A DNA stretch of 64,000 bases from assembly GCA_965649765.1 (NCBI GenBank), contig OZ287753.1:4154001-4218000 (forward strand), written 5' to 3'. Position numbers and translations under genes: made by a program. Source of the DNA: Bispira polyomma. Lineage: Eukaryota. The notes under the pieces are model-generated. The model had not been told where the DNA came from, did no database searches, and was given only the letters and a program-made list of their open reading frames with translations. How positions within the stretch are numbered: position 1 is the stretch's first letter; each line of letters begins with the position of its first letter. This document shows, in pieces, positions 1 through 13,300 of this stretch.

Positions 1-510
1 ATTTTAACTTCTAACTACTAGGTGACCGCCACCTCCAGCCTATGTGTGTGTGTCACCATTTTAACTTCTAACTACTAGGTGACCGCCACCCCCAGCCTAT
101 ATGTGTGTTATCATTTTAACTTCTTACTACTAATTGACCGCCACCCCCAGCCTATATGTGTGTGTGTCACCATTTTAACTTCTAACTACTAGGTGACTGC
201 CATCCCCAGCCTATATGTGTGACACCATTTTAACTTCTAACTACTAGGTGACTGCCACTCCCAGCCTATATGTGTGGCACCATTTTAACTTCTAACTAGC
301 AGGTGACTGCCACCCCCCAGCCTATATGTGTGACACCATTTTAACTCTTACTACTAATTGACCACCACCCCCAGCCTATATGTGTATGTATCACCATTTT
401 AACTTCTAACTACTAGGTGACCGCCACCCCCAGCCTATATGTGCGTGTGTCACCATTTTAACTTGTAACTACTAGGTGACCGCCATTCCCAGCCTATATG
501 TGTGTTAACA
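1..510. repeat. ~57-bp minisatellite, ~9 copies, probably continuing left of the window
   Basis: Unit CATTTTAACTTCTAACTACTAGGTGACCGCCACCCCCAGCCTATAT(GT)n recurs at about 1, 57, 112, 171, 226, 281, 337, 395 and 454. Confidence 0.95.
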
Positions 511-3500
511 TTTTATAATTAAGTTCCAAGGATTTTCATTGAAATGTATTACTGAGGGTTTTAGGTTTCACACTTTTTTTCTATCTCCTTTCATAATGCC
601 TCGTTCAGTTATTGGCAGTACAATATATTAAAAACAGCTACTCATAATAATTTGGAGACTGGCGAAAACAGGCAGAAATAGATTGTTACTGGGACGAAAG
701 ACTTACAGTAGTGATACAGAAGTTCTCTGAAATGGGCAGAATGATTTTTCTGTCTTCTTCTGCATTGGTGAGGGGGATGTATTGAACATACCACCTTGCA
801 CGGCCGGCAGTAGAAGGTTAGTAAAGTAAGCTGAAGTGAAAGGACATTATAGACAGGGTTCTCCGTACTGCAAAACAATTGTCATTGCCATAGTGTAACC
901 CAGACATAAGTTAACTGCAACTGTGACAATTACAATCCTAGGAAAATTTTGAAAATTATCAAGAAACAACTATACATATGCACAGTGGTAATCTTCCAGC
1001 CTACTAATTGTTTCAGATATATATATGTGATCAATATATTACCCCCCCCCCAAAAAAAAAAAAAAAAAAAAACTCCATGTACTTTAAAGTGATTTGTGGA
1101 CAACATTAGATTCTCACGAAAATTATTGCACTTTAAAATTGTCTTTAAAGTAAAACAATAGCAGCTGACAGTCCAACACAAGTTCCATAAAAACTTTTCA
1201 AAATACCACAGACTAGGAAAAATTTAATCTGGCTGAAATTTCCAGTTTTACTGTATCTTAACTGTATCCCTCAAGGTAAGCTGTTTTTCTTTAATCAATC
1301 TTGTACAAAAGGGTTAACTAACAAACAATGGAACTTACAAGTGACTCCTGTTTATTGGAAATGACTTTATTAAAATAACCTTGCATGTATCCTAAACTTG
1401 TAGAAAAAATAATTATAGACATTTTACTCTCTTTTTATCTAACAACAAATTCAACTTAGATATATTATAATATGTAAAGACATAAGCTTAATTTAGTTAT
1501 AATTATGAATTCAAGCAACAAATAAAATTACCCTCACAAAAAATATTTGGTATCCATAAATGCTAACCATAAAATAATTTCTCATATCAAAGTGTCAGGT
1601 ATTTTTCCACGTTTTTGTCTTAAATCTATGCACATACATAAACTGATATACCAGTATCAATGGTGATGTTTAATACCTGTGTATCCTATATGCCTCCTTA
1701 ATTGTTGAAAATTGATAAACTTGAAAAACATTTGACAAATAAATAAATTTTAAACTTGGATAAACGTGTAAAGATGTGTATTTGGAAAAAAATAACTACT
1801 AATATTTCTGTTATATTGCAATTATAATATTTAGGTCATCTATTATTTAGTTACATATTTGTATCCATATACCTATCAACCTGTTTGACTATAGGTAAAT
1901 AACTGTTCCTTAAAAAAAACATTTTTTCAGTTTGAGTGATGAGATTTTATTCTCAGGTTTTTCCTATGTACTGGTCTGTGTATTGATGCACTTGATGTAC
2001 TTCATTTAAAAACAACCCTCTGAACAAACAAAAAAGATTAACAAACTGTTATTCAGAAAAAATGTCCACAAAAATAATTGGATAGGGCTTCAACAGTTTC
2101 CCCTGAGCGGTAAACAACTTCCTCATTAATAGCATGTCAATTTATACTTGCAATAAATTGTGTCTCACGAGTGCAGTGCTCTTTGCATGACCTTTGATAG
2201 TAAGTGGTACACAGTAACAAGAATTCTACTTGGGAAAATTAGTTTATTCTATTTTGTTAGCTCTACAGTATTTACAAACCTTATATAACTAAGGCCACCT
2301 TTACTAAGGCTAAATTTAATTTAAGTAGCACCCAAAATTTAAATTTAAGTTTTAGAGATTAAGGTATAACCTATTAAATTATAATTAAATTCCAATGAGT
2401 TTCATTGAAAAATATTACTGAGGGTTTTAGGTTTCACACTTTTTTTCTATCTCTTTTCAAAATGCCTCTTTTAGATATTGGCAGTACGATATATTAAAAA
2501 CAGCTACTCATAAATATTTGGAAACTGGCGAAAACAGGCAGAAATAGATTGTTACTGGGACGAAAGACTTACAGTAGTGATACAGAAGTTCTCTGAAATG
2601 GACAAAAGCATTTTTCCGTCTTCTTCTGCATTGGTGAGGGGGATGTATTGAACATACCACCTTGCACTGCCGGCAGTAGAAGGTAAGAAAAGTAAGCTGA
2701 AGAGAAAGGACATTATAGACAGGGTTCTCCGTGCTGCAAAACAATTGCCATTGCCATAGTGTGACCCTGACATAAGTTAACTGCAACTGTGACAACTACA
2801 ATCCTAGGAAACTTTTGAAAATTATCAAGAAACAACTATACATATGCACAGTGGTAATCTTCCAGCCTACTTATTGTTTCAGATATATATATATGATCAA
2901 TATATTTTAATTTAATGAAATATTATGGTCCTGTATCTACCATTTTAGAAACCTTATATCTAAATATCCAGGACACAATATGACACTGAAAGCTCACGAG
3001 TAGCATTGACTGTCATGACTCTCTAATTGCTTTAATAAAAAAAATCAGGGAAACCCTGGTGTGAAAATCATGTTAGTTCCTTTCTGCAACCAAGGGCGTG
3101 TGGATTTGAAATGGTTTGTTATATCAGAGAAACACACTTTTTCTTATTTTAGTAGAGTAATATCCATCTGTTAATATTTAAGTCAAACTCAGAATTAAAA
3201 CTAATATATCAGTCGCACTACTTTTTAGCAAGGAACTTAGATATGCACTTCTTTTTAAATAATGTGTATTTAGTTGGGTTTTACAACGATTTCAACAGCA
3301 TAGATCACTTATTAAGACAAGATTTAATGATAAAAGAAACTAGTGCCAAAGTCAGTGTAAACCATTGACATATGGCAAGTAATTGACCAACCTTCCCACA
3401 CAAAGGAACAAACAGGATTCAAACTCACACTGGTGAACTCTTTGATTGTTAGCAAGCGCTTGTGTTATTATATCACAAGAAATATACAAAGAAAATAAGG

Positions 3501-3954
3501 ACACAATGCTTACACACCCAGATTACATTTTGACAACATACAATCACTTTCCCTGAGTTGAAGTTGGATATGCAAGCAGATCTGTAGCATACAACAAATA
3601 ATAAAACTCAAGTTATAAAAACTTGTGTAGGATGTTTATTTATAACACACCCTAAAATATATATTCACATACTAGTACAAATATTCCTTAACCGTAATCT
3701 TAGTCTAAGGTGACCTTAAATTGTTCAATGGTTTCCTTGTGCTGTCAGAGCAACTGTTTGTTAAATGTTTTTCCTTAAGGTTACCTTACCATATGACTAG
3801 CTAATAATTCTTAAAATGACCTTAATGTGTTAAAGGTTGATATTCTAAAACTGTATGCATTAATGTAAAGTATGTGGTAGTATATTATCAAACTGTATGT
3901 ATGAATTTAAAGTATATGGTATTGCGTATATTATAAAACTGCCTTGTAAACTTC

Positions 3955-4080
3955 TAGGGCAGCCCATGTGCAAGGAGGAGGTAAGGAGCAGGATCCCCCT
4001 CCACACGGTACAGGGCCCGACCCGTCTTAAGCTGACCAGGATGATAAGTTAATATATGCCAATGCGCCTGCGACCCACAA
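3955..4080 (-). mobile_element. GC-rich fragment resembling a DIRS-type terminal repeat
   Basis: GGAGGAGGTAAGGAGCAGGATCCC...TTAATATATGCCAATGCGCCTGCGACC resembles termini I recall from invertebrate DIRS elements; from memory only, not aligned. Confidence 0.35.
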
Positions 4081-5571
4081 AACTAATAATAAGTACTAAA
4101 AAAACTAAAATATATGTATAAAATAGCTAAACATAAATTGGTAGAACTTGGGTTATTATATAAATTAAATTCTTATATTTATTATATTATTATTATGCAA
4201 TATACCAATTGCATTCTACTTTTTGTATCGTATTTTGCATTTTTAACTCACCTTTTTATGCGAGGCATCTTCTAGAGTGCAACAACAGAATCATATTACC
4301 CAATCAAGAAATAAAAAAAAACACAGTTATGTTTTATGGAAGAAAGCTCTGGTCACAAAAAGTACATTTGTGTTTACATTTATTTAGTTTTTTACTTTAA
4401 GAAACATAAGCAACGGAAATAAACAAAGTGAAATTTGGAAAACATGACAAAAAATCAATGCATTGGACATTCTGTACACGTTTCCCACAAATGCACCAGC
4501 CTTATCTGTTTAGTTCGTTGATAATGGCTCCAAAAGTAGCTACATTTCATTCAGCACTAAATGATAAATTTTAGGGGCAATTTCAAAATATCATGACTTA
4601 CACACGCATACGCTCACATAACTATACTATGTTCATTATGAAAATAGTTAAGTTTGCCATTTTGTGTGCGTAATCCAAAAGTAAGCCCAGTGTGACTAGG
4701 GCTTTATACTTCATAAAGTTGGAAAAATAAGCAAAATAATGCATAAGAATGGCTAAAAGGCCTTGTATAGGTCATTCAAAGCTTTTTTCGGCTCATGATC
4801 CTTGCCTCAATAGGCAGCCAGCAATGTAAGCAGTTGTTTAGATGAGGTAAGTATTTTTATTCATTATAATAATTTTGCACAATTTTACAGGTTGTGGTAT
4901 TAATGACACTGGAAGTTATCACAAATAATTAGCTTGACCTTGAGTTTGACAATTACCCAAAAATCCATGAACTTTAAAGTGATTTGTGGACAACATTAGA
5001 TTCTCACGAAAAATCTTGCACTTTAAAATTGTCTTTAAAGTAAAACAATAGCAGCTGACAGTCCAACACAAGTTCCATAAAAACTTTTCAAAATACCACA
5101 GACTCGGGAAAATTTAATCTGGCTGAAATTTCCAGTTTTACGGTATCTTAACTGCATCCCACAAGGTAAGCTGTTTTTCTTTAATCAATCTTGTACAAAA
5201 GGGTTAACTAACAAACAATGGAACTTACAACTGACTCCTGTTTATTGGAAATAACTTTATTAAAATAACCTTGCATGTATCCTAAACTTGTTAAAAAAAT
5301 AATTGTAGACATTTTACTCTCTTTTTATCTAGCAACAAATTCAACTTAGATATATCATAATAATTCAGTTATAATTATGACTTCAAGCAACAAACAAAAT
5401 TACCCTCACAAAAAATATTTGGTATCCATAAATGCTAACCATGAAATAATTTCTCATATCAAAGTCAGATATTTTCCCCCGTTTTTGTCTTAAATCTATG
5501 CACATACATAAACTGATATACCAGTATCAATGGTGATGGTTAATACCTGTTTATCTTATATGCCTCTTTAA

Positions 5572-8500
5572 GGTTTTAGTGACGTAAACACATAAAGTGA
5601 TCGCTGATAATCACGTTATGTGTGCTGGAGCTTCTCTGAAACTGCACAACTTTTATTTTGTTGCCTTAAACTCGATGTATGAATAAAATATATACATTTT
5701 TATGAGTAGAAATATTAAAGAATGACATCTATTTAAATTATATGCTAATTTATATATTTTACATGTCCTTTTGATACATATTTTGGGACATTTAGTACAG
5801 TGGCAGTTTGTAAAATTTTAACTAAAATGGGTAATATTTTCAAAGTACATGCTTCACAAACGTGACACAATTCATATATCATGAAGGGATCAATACTGAA
5901 GTATTCTACATGAAAACAAAAAGGAAAACGTCAGCATTATTTTGAATGAATTCCTTTTTATCCAGATGAAATCTAGATAATACCGTAGGCAGAATTCGAT
6001 TTTTAGGATAGCACTTTTTACCATTTCCTTATATTATTTTCACTTCATTTTTCGTAGTCAATAATGTTTTGCAATAAAGATGACGACCATGTTAGAATAT
6101 ATTTACTATTTCTTTTGTTTGTTTGTTAAATACGTTTAGTACTTTGGTCTCGAAATTACCGCATTTTTCCTTATATCTTTCTACGCTTGGACAGACAAGT
6201 AAAAAAATTTATATATACCAGGAAAAGTATGGGTTTGAAGATATATATATATGATATATATACACCTATACCGATGGGATACCTGTAAATTCAATGTAAT
6301 GTGGGCCAAGTGGCGAGAACACATGCTTTTTCATTTTGGTTTTGACCGCTAGACGGCGCCACACTACAGTGTTTTTTTTATTATAAGTATTTCAGATACT
6401 CGGCACTAGTACATAAATTTCAACAACGTACGTAGTAAAAACTGAAAAATGCTTCATTATTAGTAGGAAAGCAAGATGGATGGAAATCTCAATAGATGCA
6501 CCTTTAAATGTATGTATATATATATCTTACCCCATATGCACATATAGTTGCTTTAATCCATCACAATTTCTTTAGTTTGTGAGACTTCCTCCACAGCTTT
6601 CGAAACCGATACATTTGTGGCATTAAATAATATGTACACAACAATAAAAAATGGCCACAGACCTCGTTATATCACGGGAGATGGTAATTGGCTGAAAATC
6701 TGGGCTTTTTTCAATGAGCGTGCGCATTAACTCTAGCATATCGAGTCAAAGGTCAGATCTCTCAGACGGGTTAATTGAAGCGAAATTGAAGCCTACAAAT
6801 GGGCCACTGACAAAAACACAGAGAATATTAAAAACAAAGTTTGGATTTGAAAAATATACAAGGACAATGGGTGTCTGTATTCCTTTAATTATTACACAGT
6901 ACCAGGTAAGATATTATATATTTTATTTTTTAAGGGTCTATTTGCAAGCAAGTATTTATTTTATGTTGAAGCGTTCGCTACGTATAGAAGTCCATGTTTC
7001 TTTTTTGTAAACAATAATCAGCTGTTGTCTACGTCTAACTTTATTGCAAGGTATATATGTAAGGTAATATATGATGGCCATTTCTTCTAAAGTACCAGAT
7101 CACAGCCATTTTCAGAAAGTTTCGTGAATTGCTTCCTTCTAATATAGACGTCACGTGTTTATCTGTGTACTTACTACAACTTTGGTCACTGCTAATATAA
7201 CTTGTCCTCGTCTATCTTACTTACAAGGTATATATGTGTAGATGTAAGGTAATATATGTTGGCCATTCTTGCTCAGTCAAACTCGGGGTTTAAAAAAAAA
7301 TGTTTATTTTATGTATATCTATCATCACGTGTTGTAACAATACTATATATACATACCCCATTGCTGTAAAGTACCTTGTACACTAATGAAAGACTGTAGT
7401 GTGGCACCGTCTAGCGGTTGAAACAAAAGTTAGAAGTGGTGTGTTATAGCGACTTACAAGAAATGGCAGAAAGTCGGCAGAAAGTGAGCAGAAAGTACAG
7501 GAGATTAAAATACCAACTTCCATATAAGGAAATTATACTGTCCATATACAGCAGCAGTACATACAAATGAGCCGTTTACAAAAGCAGACTAATTTTATGC
7601 TATATATATATATGTCTATATTATAATTGGCCAATCAGAAACTCGCCCCATCTGAGACCCTATTTTTACTTCAAAGTAAATTATACAGACAGCATCGTCA
7701 TTCAAATATATATTGTTTTCTCGACATATTTCCTGTGAAATTCACTGATGGAAATGAATGTATACTTGGGGTGAAGGTCGTTGGGTGCTTCACGTTTTTG
7801 ACAAATAACACAACAAATATTTAAATGAAAGGAAATGGATGTAAATCTCAAAAGAAGTGAGAAACAATATTTTACCTTATATCTTCGTGTTACTTCCATA
7901 ATATTTCCTGATTCTGCAAATGTATAATATACTCGCAGTAACTCAAATCAGCTGTTGATCACCGGAAATACCGTTTTACAAAAAAAAATAAATAATGATT
8001 GTGGCTTCACAATTCGATGCAATTTCCTTAAAAAAACGTAAATAATATTTACCTTATGTATATTACCCCTGATATATCCTTCCATTTTTGTTTTATTTGT
8101 AGTTTTATATAAATAGATATGGTTCGTGGACATCTTGCTTCCTACTAATTCGACAAGAATGACCAACATATATTACCTTGATACGTAGAAATAGTGTATT
8201 ATGACAATGTTTTTTTAGAAGGAAGCAATTAACGAAACTTCCCGAATGAGGCTTTGATCTTTTGACTTCGGAACATTAGCATTGTCAAGTAAACGAAGCA
8301 GGGTTATTTAGTTAATTATATTTTAAAAAAATGTTGTATAAAACGAGTAATACATATTCTTCGAACGTATCGTTATATATACTCCCATACAATAATTAGC
8401 TGTTTGACAATTCGATGCGATTTACTTAAATATTTACCTTATGTATATTAGGCCTGCCGTATCTCCATTACACAGAATTCGAAACTAAAACTCAGTCAGA

Positions 8501-9713
8501 TGATCTTTTATATATTTTACCATTTCCTCACACAGTTTTTGTTACAATTATATGACTTAAACGCATTTATTAGTTTAATTTGCTTACTAAATATCCCAGC
8601 TACTTTATCTCCATGTGTCTTCTCTACTACGTACTGTTTATTATTAAGAAGCGTCACGTGTGTGATCAGCCAATCAGAATGGCTGATACAGTAACCAATG
8701 AAATCGCTCCATAAAAAAAATTTTCGACACATTTTTTTTTTTTTGTTTCGCAGATCAACAAAAAAAAAAAAATTAAACTAAAATAAACAAAAAATACTTT
8801 TTATCTGTCAATGTCTAAAAAAAAAAAAAAAAAAAATTTTATTTTTTTCATAGACATATAGACATATCGACAAAAAAAAAAAAATTAAATATTTAAAAAT
8901 TTTGGTCAATCTGTCAATGTCTTTTAAAGAAAAAAAAAATTTTGTCGATGTGTCTATATGTGTCTATATGTCTCGACCAGTGACTAGTTTGTTAAAGGGT
9001 GAGATTTCCATTGAACTTTTGTCATAATTGTGACCAAAATATTGAAATAAAATGGTGTTTGTACTGTTTTATTAGAGTGAGCGAAAATATAAGATTTTTG
9101 TTTACAAACTAGTTGGGCAATACAACTCCATCTTCTCTTCCACTATTTTCGTACTTTTCGATGTCTTCATCTAGATATGTGGTCACAATTGTTATCACTT
9201 TTTTCTTGTTTCAAAAAGGTACAGAAACACTGAAAATTTTAGAAAAACATTTAAGTTACACACTTCTAAACAAAAAGATGTTTTGTATTCTTTGTTTATA
9301 TAAAATAGGGAAACCTATTTAAAAATGTAATTCATTCAAAATAAAATACATGTTTTCTACAGTTGTATAGGGTATATAATGTCTTTATATATGCTGGATC
9401 AATAATCGTATTACGTCACAATAGAAAGGGCTCTCTCTGAGATTTGTTTCCAAATATGACGTTCTACATAGATTTTCAAATTGTGTGACGTCACAACACA
9501 AGGCTTGTTATATGGGTGTTTTTACAGTTTTGTAGCATAGTATTACCCTTTTAAATTGTTTGGACATATATAAAAATGGTTAAAAACCTTACTAAAGTGT
9601 TCTTTTAAAGTCCTCATAGTTGTTATACAGACTAGAAATGACACTCGTAAAAATAGCTTTATCCGTTTACTCGTTTATCCCCGCCTCGTTTATGTGTTTA
9701 CGTTACTAAAGCC
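5572..9713. mobile_element. Non-autonomous Kolobok-type DNA transposon (4142 bp)
   Basis: ~25-bp TIRs GGTTTTAGTGACGTAAACACATAAA ... TTTATGTGTTTACGTTACTAAAGCC; TTAA on both sides (5568-5571, 9714-9717); paralogous empty site with one TTAA at ~1698-1701. RR..YY termini with TTAA fit Kolobok rather than piggyBac. No transposase ORF. Confidence 0.85.
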
Positions 9714-10305
9714 TTAATTGTTAAAAGTTAAAAAACTTAATCGTTGAAAATTGATAAACTTAAAAAACATTTGACAAATAAATAAATTTTAAACTTGGAT
9801 AAACGTGTAAAGATGTGTATTTGGAAAAAAATAACTACTAATATGTAGAATTTCTGTTATATTGCAATTATAATATTAAGGTCATCTATTATTTAGTTAC
9901 ATATTTGTATCCATATACCTATCAACCTGTTTGACTATAGGTAAATAACTGTTCCTTAAAAAAAACATTTCTTCAGTTTGAGTGATGAGATTTTATTCTC
10001 AGGTTTTTCCTATGTACTGGTCTGTGTATTGATGCACTTGATGTACTTCATTTAAAAACAACCCTCTGAAGAAAAAAAAAAGATTAACAAACTGTTATTC
10101 AGAAAAAATGTCCACAAAAATAATTGGATAGGGCTTCAACAGTTTCCCCTGAGCGGTAAACAACTTCCTCATTAATAGCATGTCAATTTATACTTGCAAT
10201 AAATTGTGTGCAGTGATCGTTAGTGGTAAACAGTAACAAGAATTTTACTTGGGAAAATTAGCTTATTCTATTTTGTTAGCTCTACAGTATTTACAAACCT
10301 TATAA

Positions 10306-10620
10306 AACTAAGGCCACCTTTACTAAGGCTAAATTTGATTTTAGTAGCACCCAAAATTTTAGTTTAAGTTTTAGAGATTAAGGTTACCGAGGTGAGTATA
10401 TAATTCCAACTTAAGGACATATCAACTTGAGAGATACCTTTGAGTATGTGGTCAACCTTAAAGTGAATTTTTTTGGAGTTAGGGTTGCCTTAACCGAGTA
10501 TGGGAAATTGAATTTAAGGTCATCTTAATTTTATAGATACCTTATGTATATATGGTAACCTTAACCATAGTTAAGTTTTTGTAGTATTACGTTTTATCAG
10601 GTAGAGTTGGCCTTAGTCGT
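10306..10620. mobile_element. MITE-like palindromic element rich in AAGGT/ACCTT motifs
   Basis: ACTAAGGCCACCT at the left and AGTTGGCCTTAGT at the right are inverted. Truncated paralog at 2288-2375; similar motif-rich tracts at ~3690-3840 and ~54780-54970. Confidence 0.55.
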
Positions 10621-13300
10621 AGTTGACATTAATTATATGCAATTAATATGTAAAAAAGGTAAAAATATACACCAAACCCCAATTAGGAAGTACGATTTGA
10701 TAAAAGAGCCTGAAAAGCTAGGGCAACTTGGTCAGATGCCTGGTGGTCCTTAGTTACATACTTCCAGATGCAGTCAGAGGTCCAAGTCCCATGACTTTGT
10801 ATGTCTTGAAAAGGAACATGGCTATTGAACGCCAGAGTTGCTTTCGAGTGACGGAAGTCATGAAATGTAATGGGAGAATTATTTAGGTTTATTTTTTTTA
10901 GAATCAATTTTGAGTCTCTCAGTGGAACCCAACGTGTTGGAATTTTATATTGAAAGAAAAAGTGGTTCATATTTGGAGCCAGGGGTTAGGTCTAGTACAT
11001 TTCTGATGGCCACTACTGGACATAGAGGAGATTTATTAATGGCAGGTACCTTAAGAGTCCTGATCGTGTCCTTATTTTGGAGGGTTTTGGACCACTTGAT
11101 CATGATATTGAGACGAAGAATCTAGAGGGGAGTAGGTGTTTACTGCATGGGGAACCAGGTTAGAAATATGTAAAAAGGAGAAGAAAGCCAGCAAATATGC
11201 TGCTTAAAAAATCTGACCGATAAACATGGTGTCACATTTTTGCACTATCTGTGTTAACATTGATATATCTATAATTTTACTTTGTTTAACTTCGTCATGT
11301 ATTTTAAATGCCGAGAGTCCATTGTTGTTAACTTTGTCACGTTCAGGGAATGCTAAATCACTCAAGGGAATAAAGCCAAACTTGCCTTTCACTTGTGTTT
11401 TCCATTTCTGAAATACCCTATTGTTCTTGGCTAAGTTTACCATGTCTGTATGCCGTGTTTTGACATGTGATTCAAGGTTGTATTTATCCACTGGTGTGGC
11501 ATTGTTCATTACCCCCACCTTTTGTGGCCCCACTTCCCTTATTTTAGTAGACTCGTTCTGTTGTTTCCTCTAATGAATTAACTTCCCTTTCAATGTTTAG
11601 GGGTTGAGTCTCTGTGTCATGTAGGGACGAAAAGGGTGTGAACCTATTGTAAACCGGTGTACTTTTGTCACTGCTGGAAATTAGATTTCTAAGCACAGAC
11701 CCGACTGTTTCTTGTGCAATTTTTTTCTTGTTATCGTTAACATCCGCACATGCCTTTGTGGTATACTTTGTTTTCGTTTTACAGGACGCGATTCACCTTG
11801 TGTTTTGATTAACCTGTACTTAGTTTCTCAGCCTTTTGGCTGCTGACTTTACATTGAATGTATGTACAACTTTAGTATTTCCATTGTTACGATTCATGGA
11901 GTCACAACTGGGGGCCCTACTAGTTTCTTTACTATTTACATAGTGACAACTGTTGTCAGGGCTCTCCCTTTTTACATTTTGTTTTACTATTTGGGCATAG
12001 CTTTTATTTTGAAATTTGGCCCAATCATGCCTCCAGTTGTGACTCGCACTACTACAGCTATTAACATTATATTCAATTCTGGTTTTTGCGCAACCTGTAC
12101 TGCCCCCACTTTTTGTACCGTTTTGAACATTTGCCCTATCCAAAAGTTGAACTGCAGTTTTGCAGTACCTCATTCGTTTTTTGATTTACACCTTTGGCAA
12201 TTTTTAGATGGTTGGGTAAGCGACTTCCCATGGGACAGACAGGTTGCACAGAGATGCGTGTACAATTTACCTCCAGTTTCATGGTCCTCCTTTTAAGGAC
12301 AAGTACCCTCTGATAGTAAGGACAAGCAACCCCTTTATTTGTAGAATTTAGCTTTTGACTACCTTGGGACTGATTGTGATTAAGAAAACCCCTATGAGCA
12401 TATGCTCTTCTGATTCCATCTATTTTATGTGTATCTTACCACGTTACCTTATCTTCCTCCATATTACAAAGAAGGATGGCCTGGCTGCCTTTGGCTGAGT
12501 TCCATGTGAAATCGTGGCTATCTTCCATTATCTCGGAAAGGTACTCCAACATTAAGTTTTTTCTTTCAACATTTTGTTCTTCCCTGATGATACAGAAACC
12601 CACTGGGCCATAGACAACCCATCATATGGCATTCAGTTTTTCAACTGACCACCTAGAATTGAATTTTGAGGCCACAGGATTTGTTTTTTTCACCCATACT
12701 GTTTCAGTCTCACCCTTTGTGATTTAAAATTACCTGACTCATTCATTGTTTGCAGTTCCTTGAGTCTTGTGTCTACTGCGCTCTGGAGTTAGTCCAACGG
12801 ACATAGCATCTGCAGGGTCGGGACCACACTGTCTTCTGCTTCACGCTGCCATCTGGGCTGTTCAATACTAATGGCTGGAACGGGGTTTTAACAACTAGCC
12901 ATCAGAGGTAGCCTACTAACTGACTGTCTTTTGGTTGCAGGTTGGGTACTACTAAGAAAACCATTAATGGACTGTCCATCAGTTGTTTGCTTTTCTTCCA
13001 CTTTAGCTAATCTTGTACCCAAGTCCTTTAATCCTGAAGGATTCTGAGGTTCACTTCGGAACTCTACACAACACTAAAACTGTCTAGAGTTTCATTTTGT
13101 TCAGCTTCAAAGTCTTTTAATTGTTTACAATGCTCGTTTTTTGTGTGTACCCCCGCAGGCAGTAAAATCATTTAGTTTTCTCGGAGCCATACTGAAACAA
13201 TTCCACAATGCCTTGATACCCATGTATATAATAAAATTTGACGGGATGTATATAAATTGTAATATGTCTAGAATAATATTAAAATGTTGAATTAAAAGAT
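10620..13300 (-). mobile_element. Degenerate, internally deleted DIRS-type element (ORF1-like region plus YR; no RT recognised)
   Basis: Broken minus-strand ORFs (11204-11533, 11820-12173 and coding-like DNA to ~13260) lie directly upstream of the YR. Boundaries approximate. Confidence 0.55.
10683..11285 (-). pseudogene. Tyrosine recombinase of a DIRS-type retrotransposon (frameshifts and stops)
   Basis: ...ITFHDFRHSKATLAFNSHVPFQDIQSHGTWTSDCIWKY shows the HxxR, HGxW and catalytic Y motifs; upstream YLLAFFSFLHISNLVP matches the first YR box. Confidence 0.85.

Larger units (their letters stand above)
512..10385. repeat. Tandem segmental duplication of a ~1.87-kb unit; second copy split into three pieces
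   Basis: 512-1040 matches 2379-2905; ~1072-1700 matches ~4960-5571; ~1700-2370 matches ~9714-10385. Near-identical by eye. Confidence 0.9.

Noticed and set aside
1-510. CRISPR-like regular array
   Set aside because: Head-to-tail repeats without unique spacers, eukaryotic context and no cas genes.
640-830. Plus-strand frame with a TGA conserved in both copies (selenocysteine idea)
   Set aside because: The copies are too similar for conservation to be informative; no SECIS or redox motif seen.
3955-4080. Twister or HDV-like ribozyme in the GC-rich patch
   Set aside because: Only GTGGAGGG matches; the other core motifs and pairings could not be built.
12584-12600. Hammerhead core CTGATGA...GAAA
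   Set aside because: No stem II and no supporting stems; lies in decayed DIRS coding sequence.
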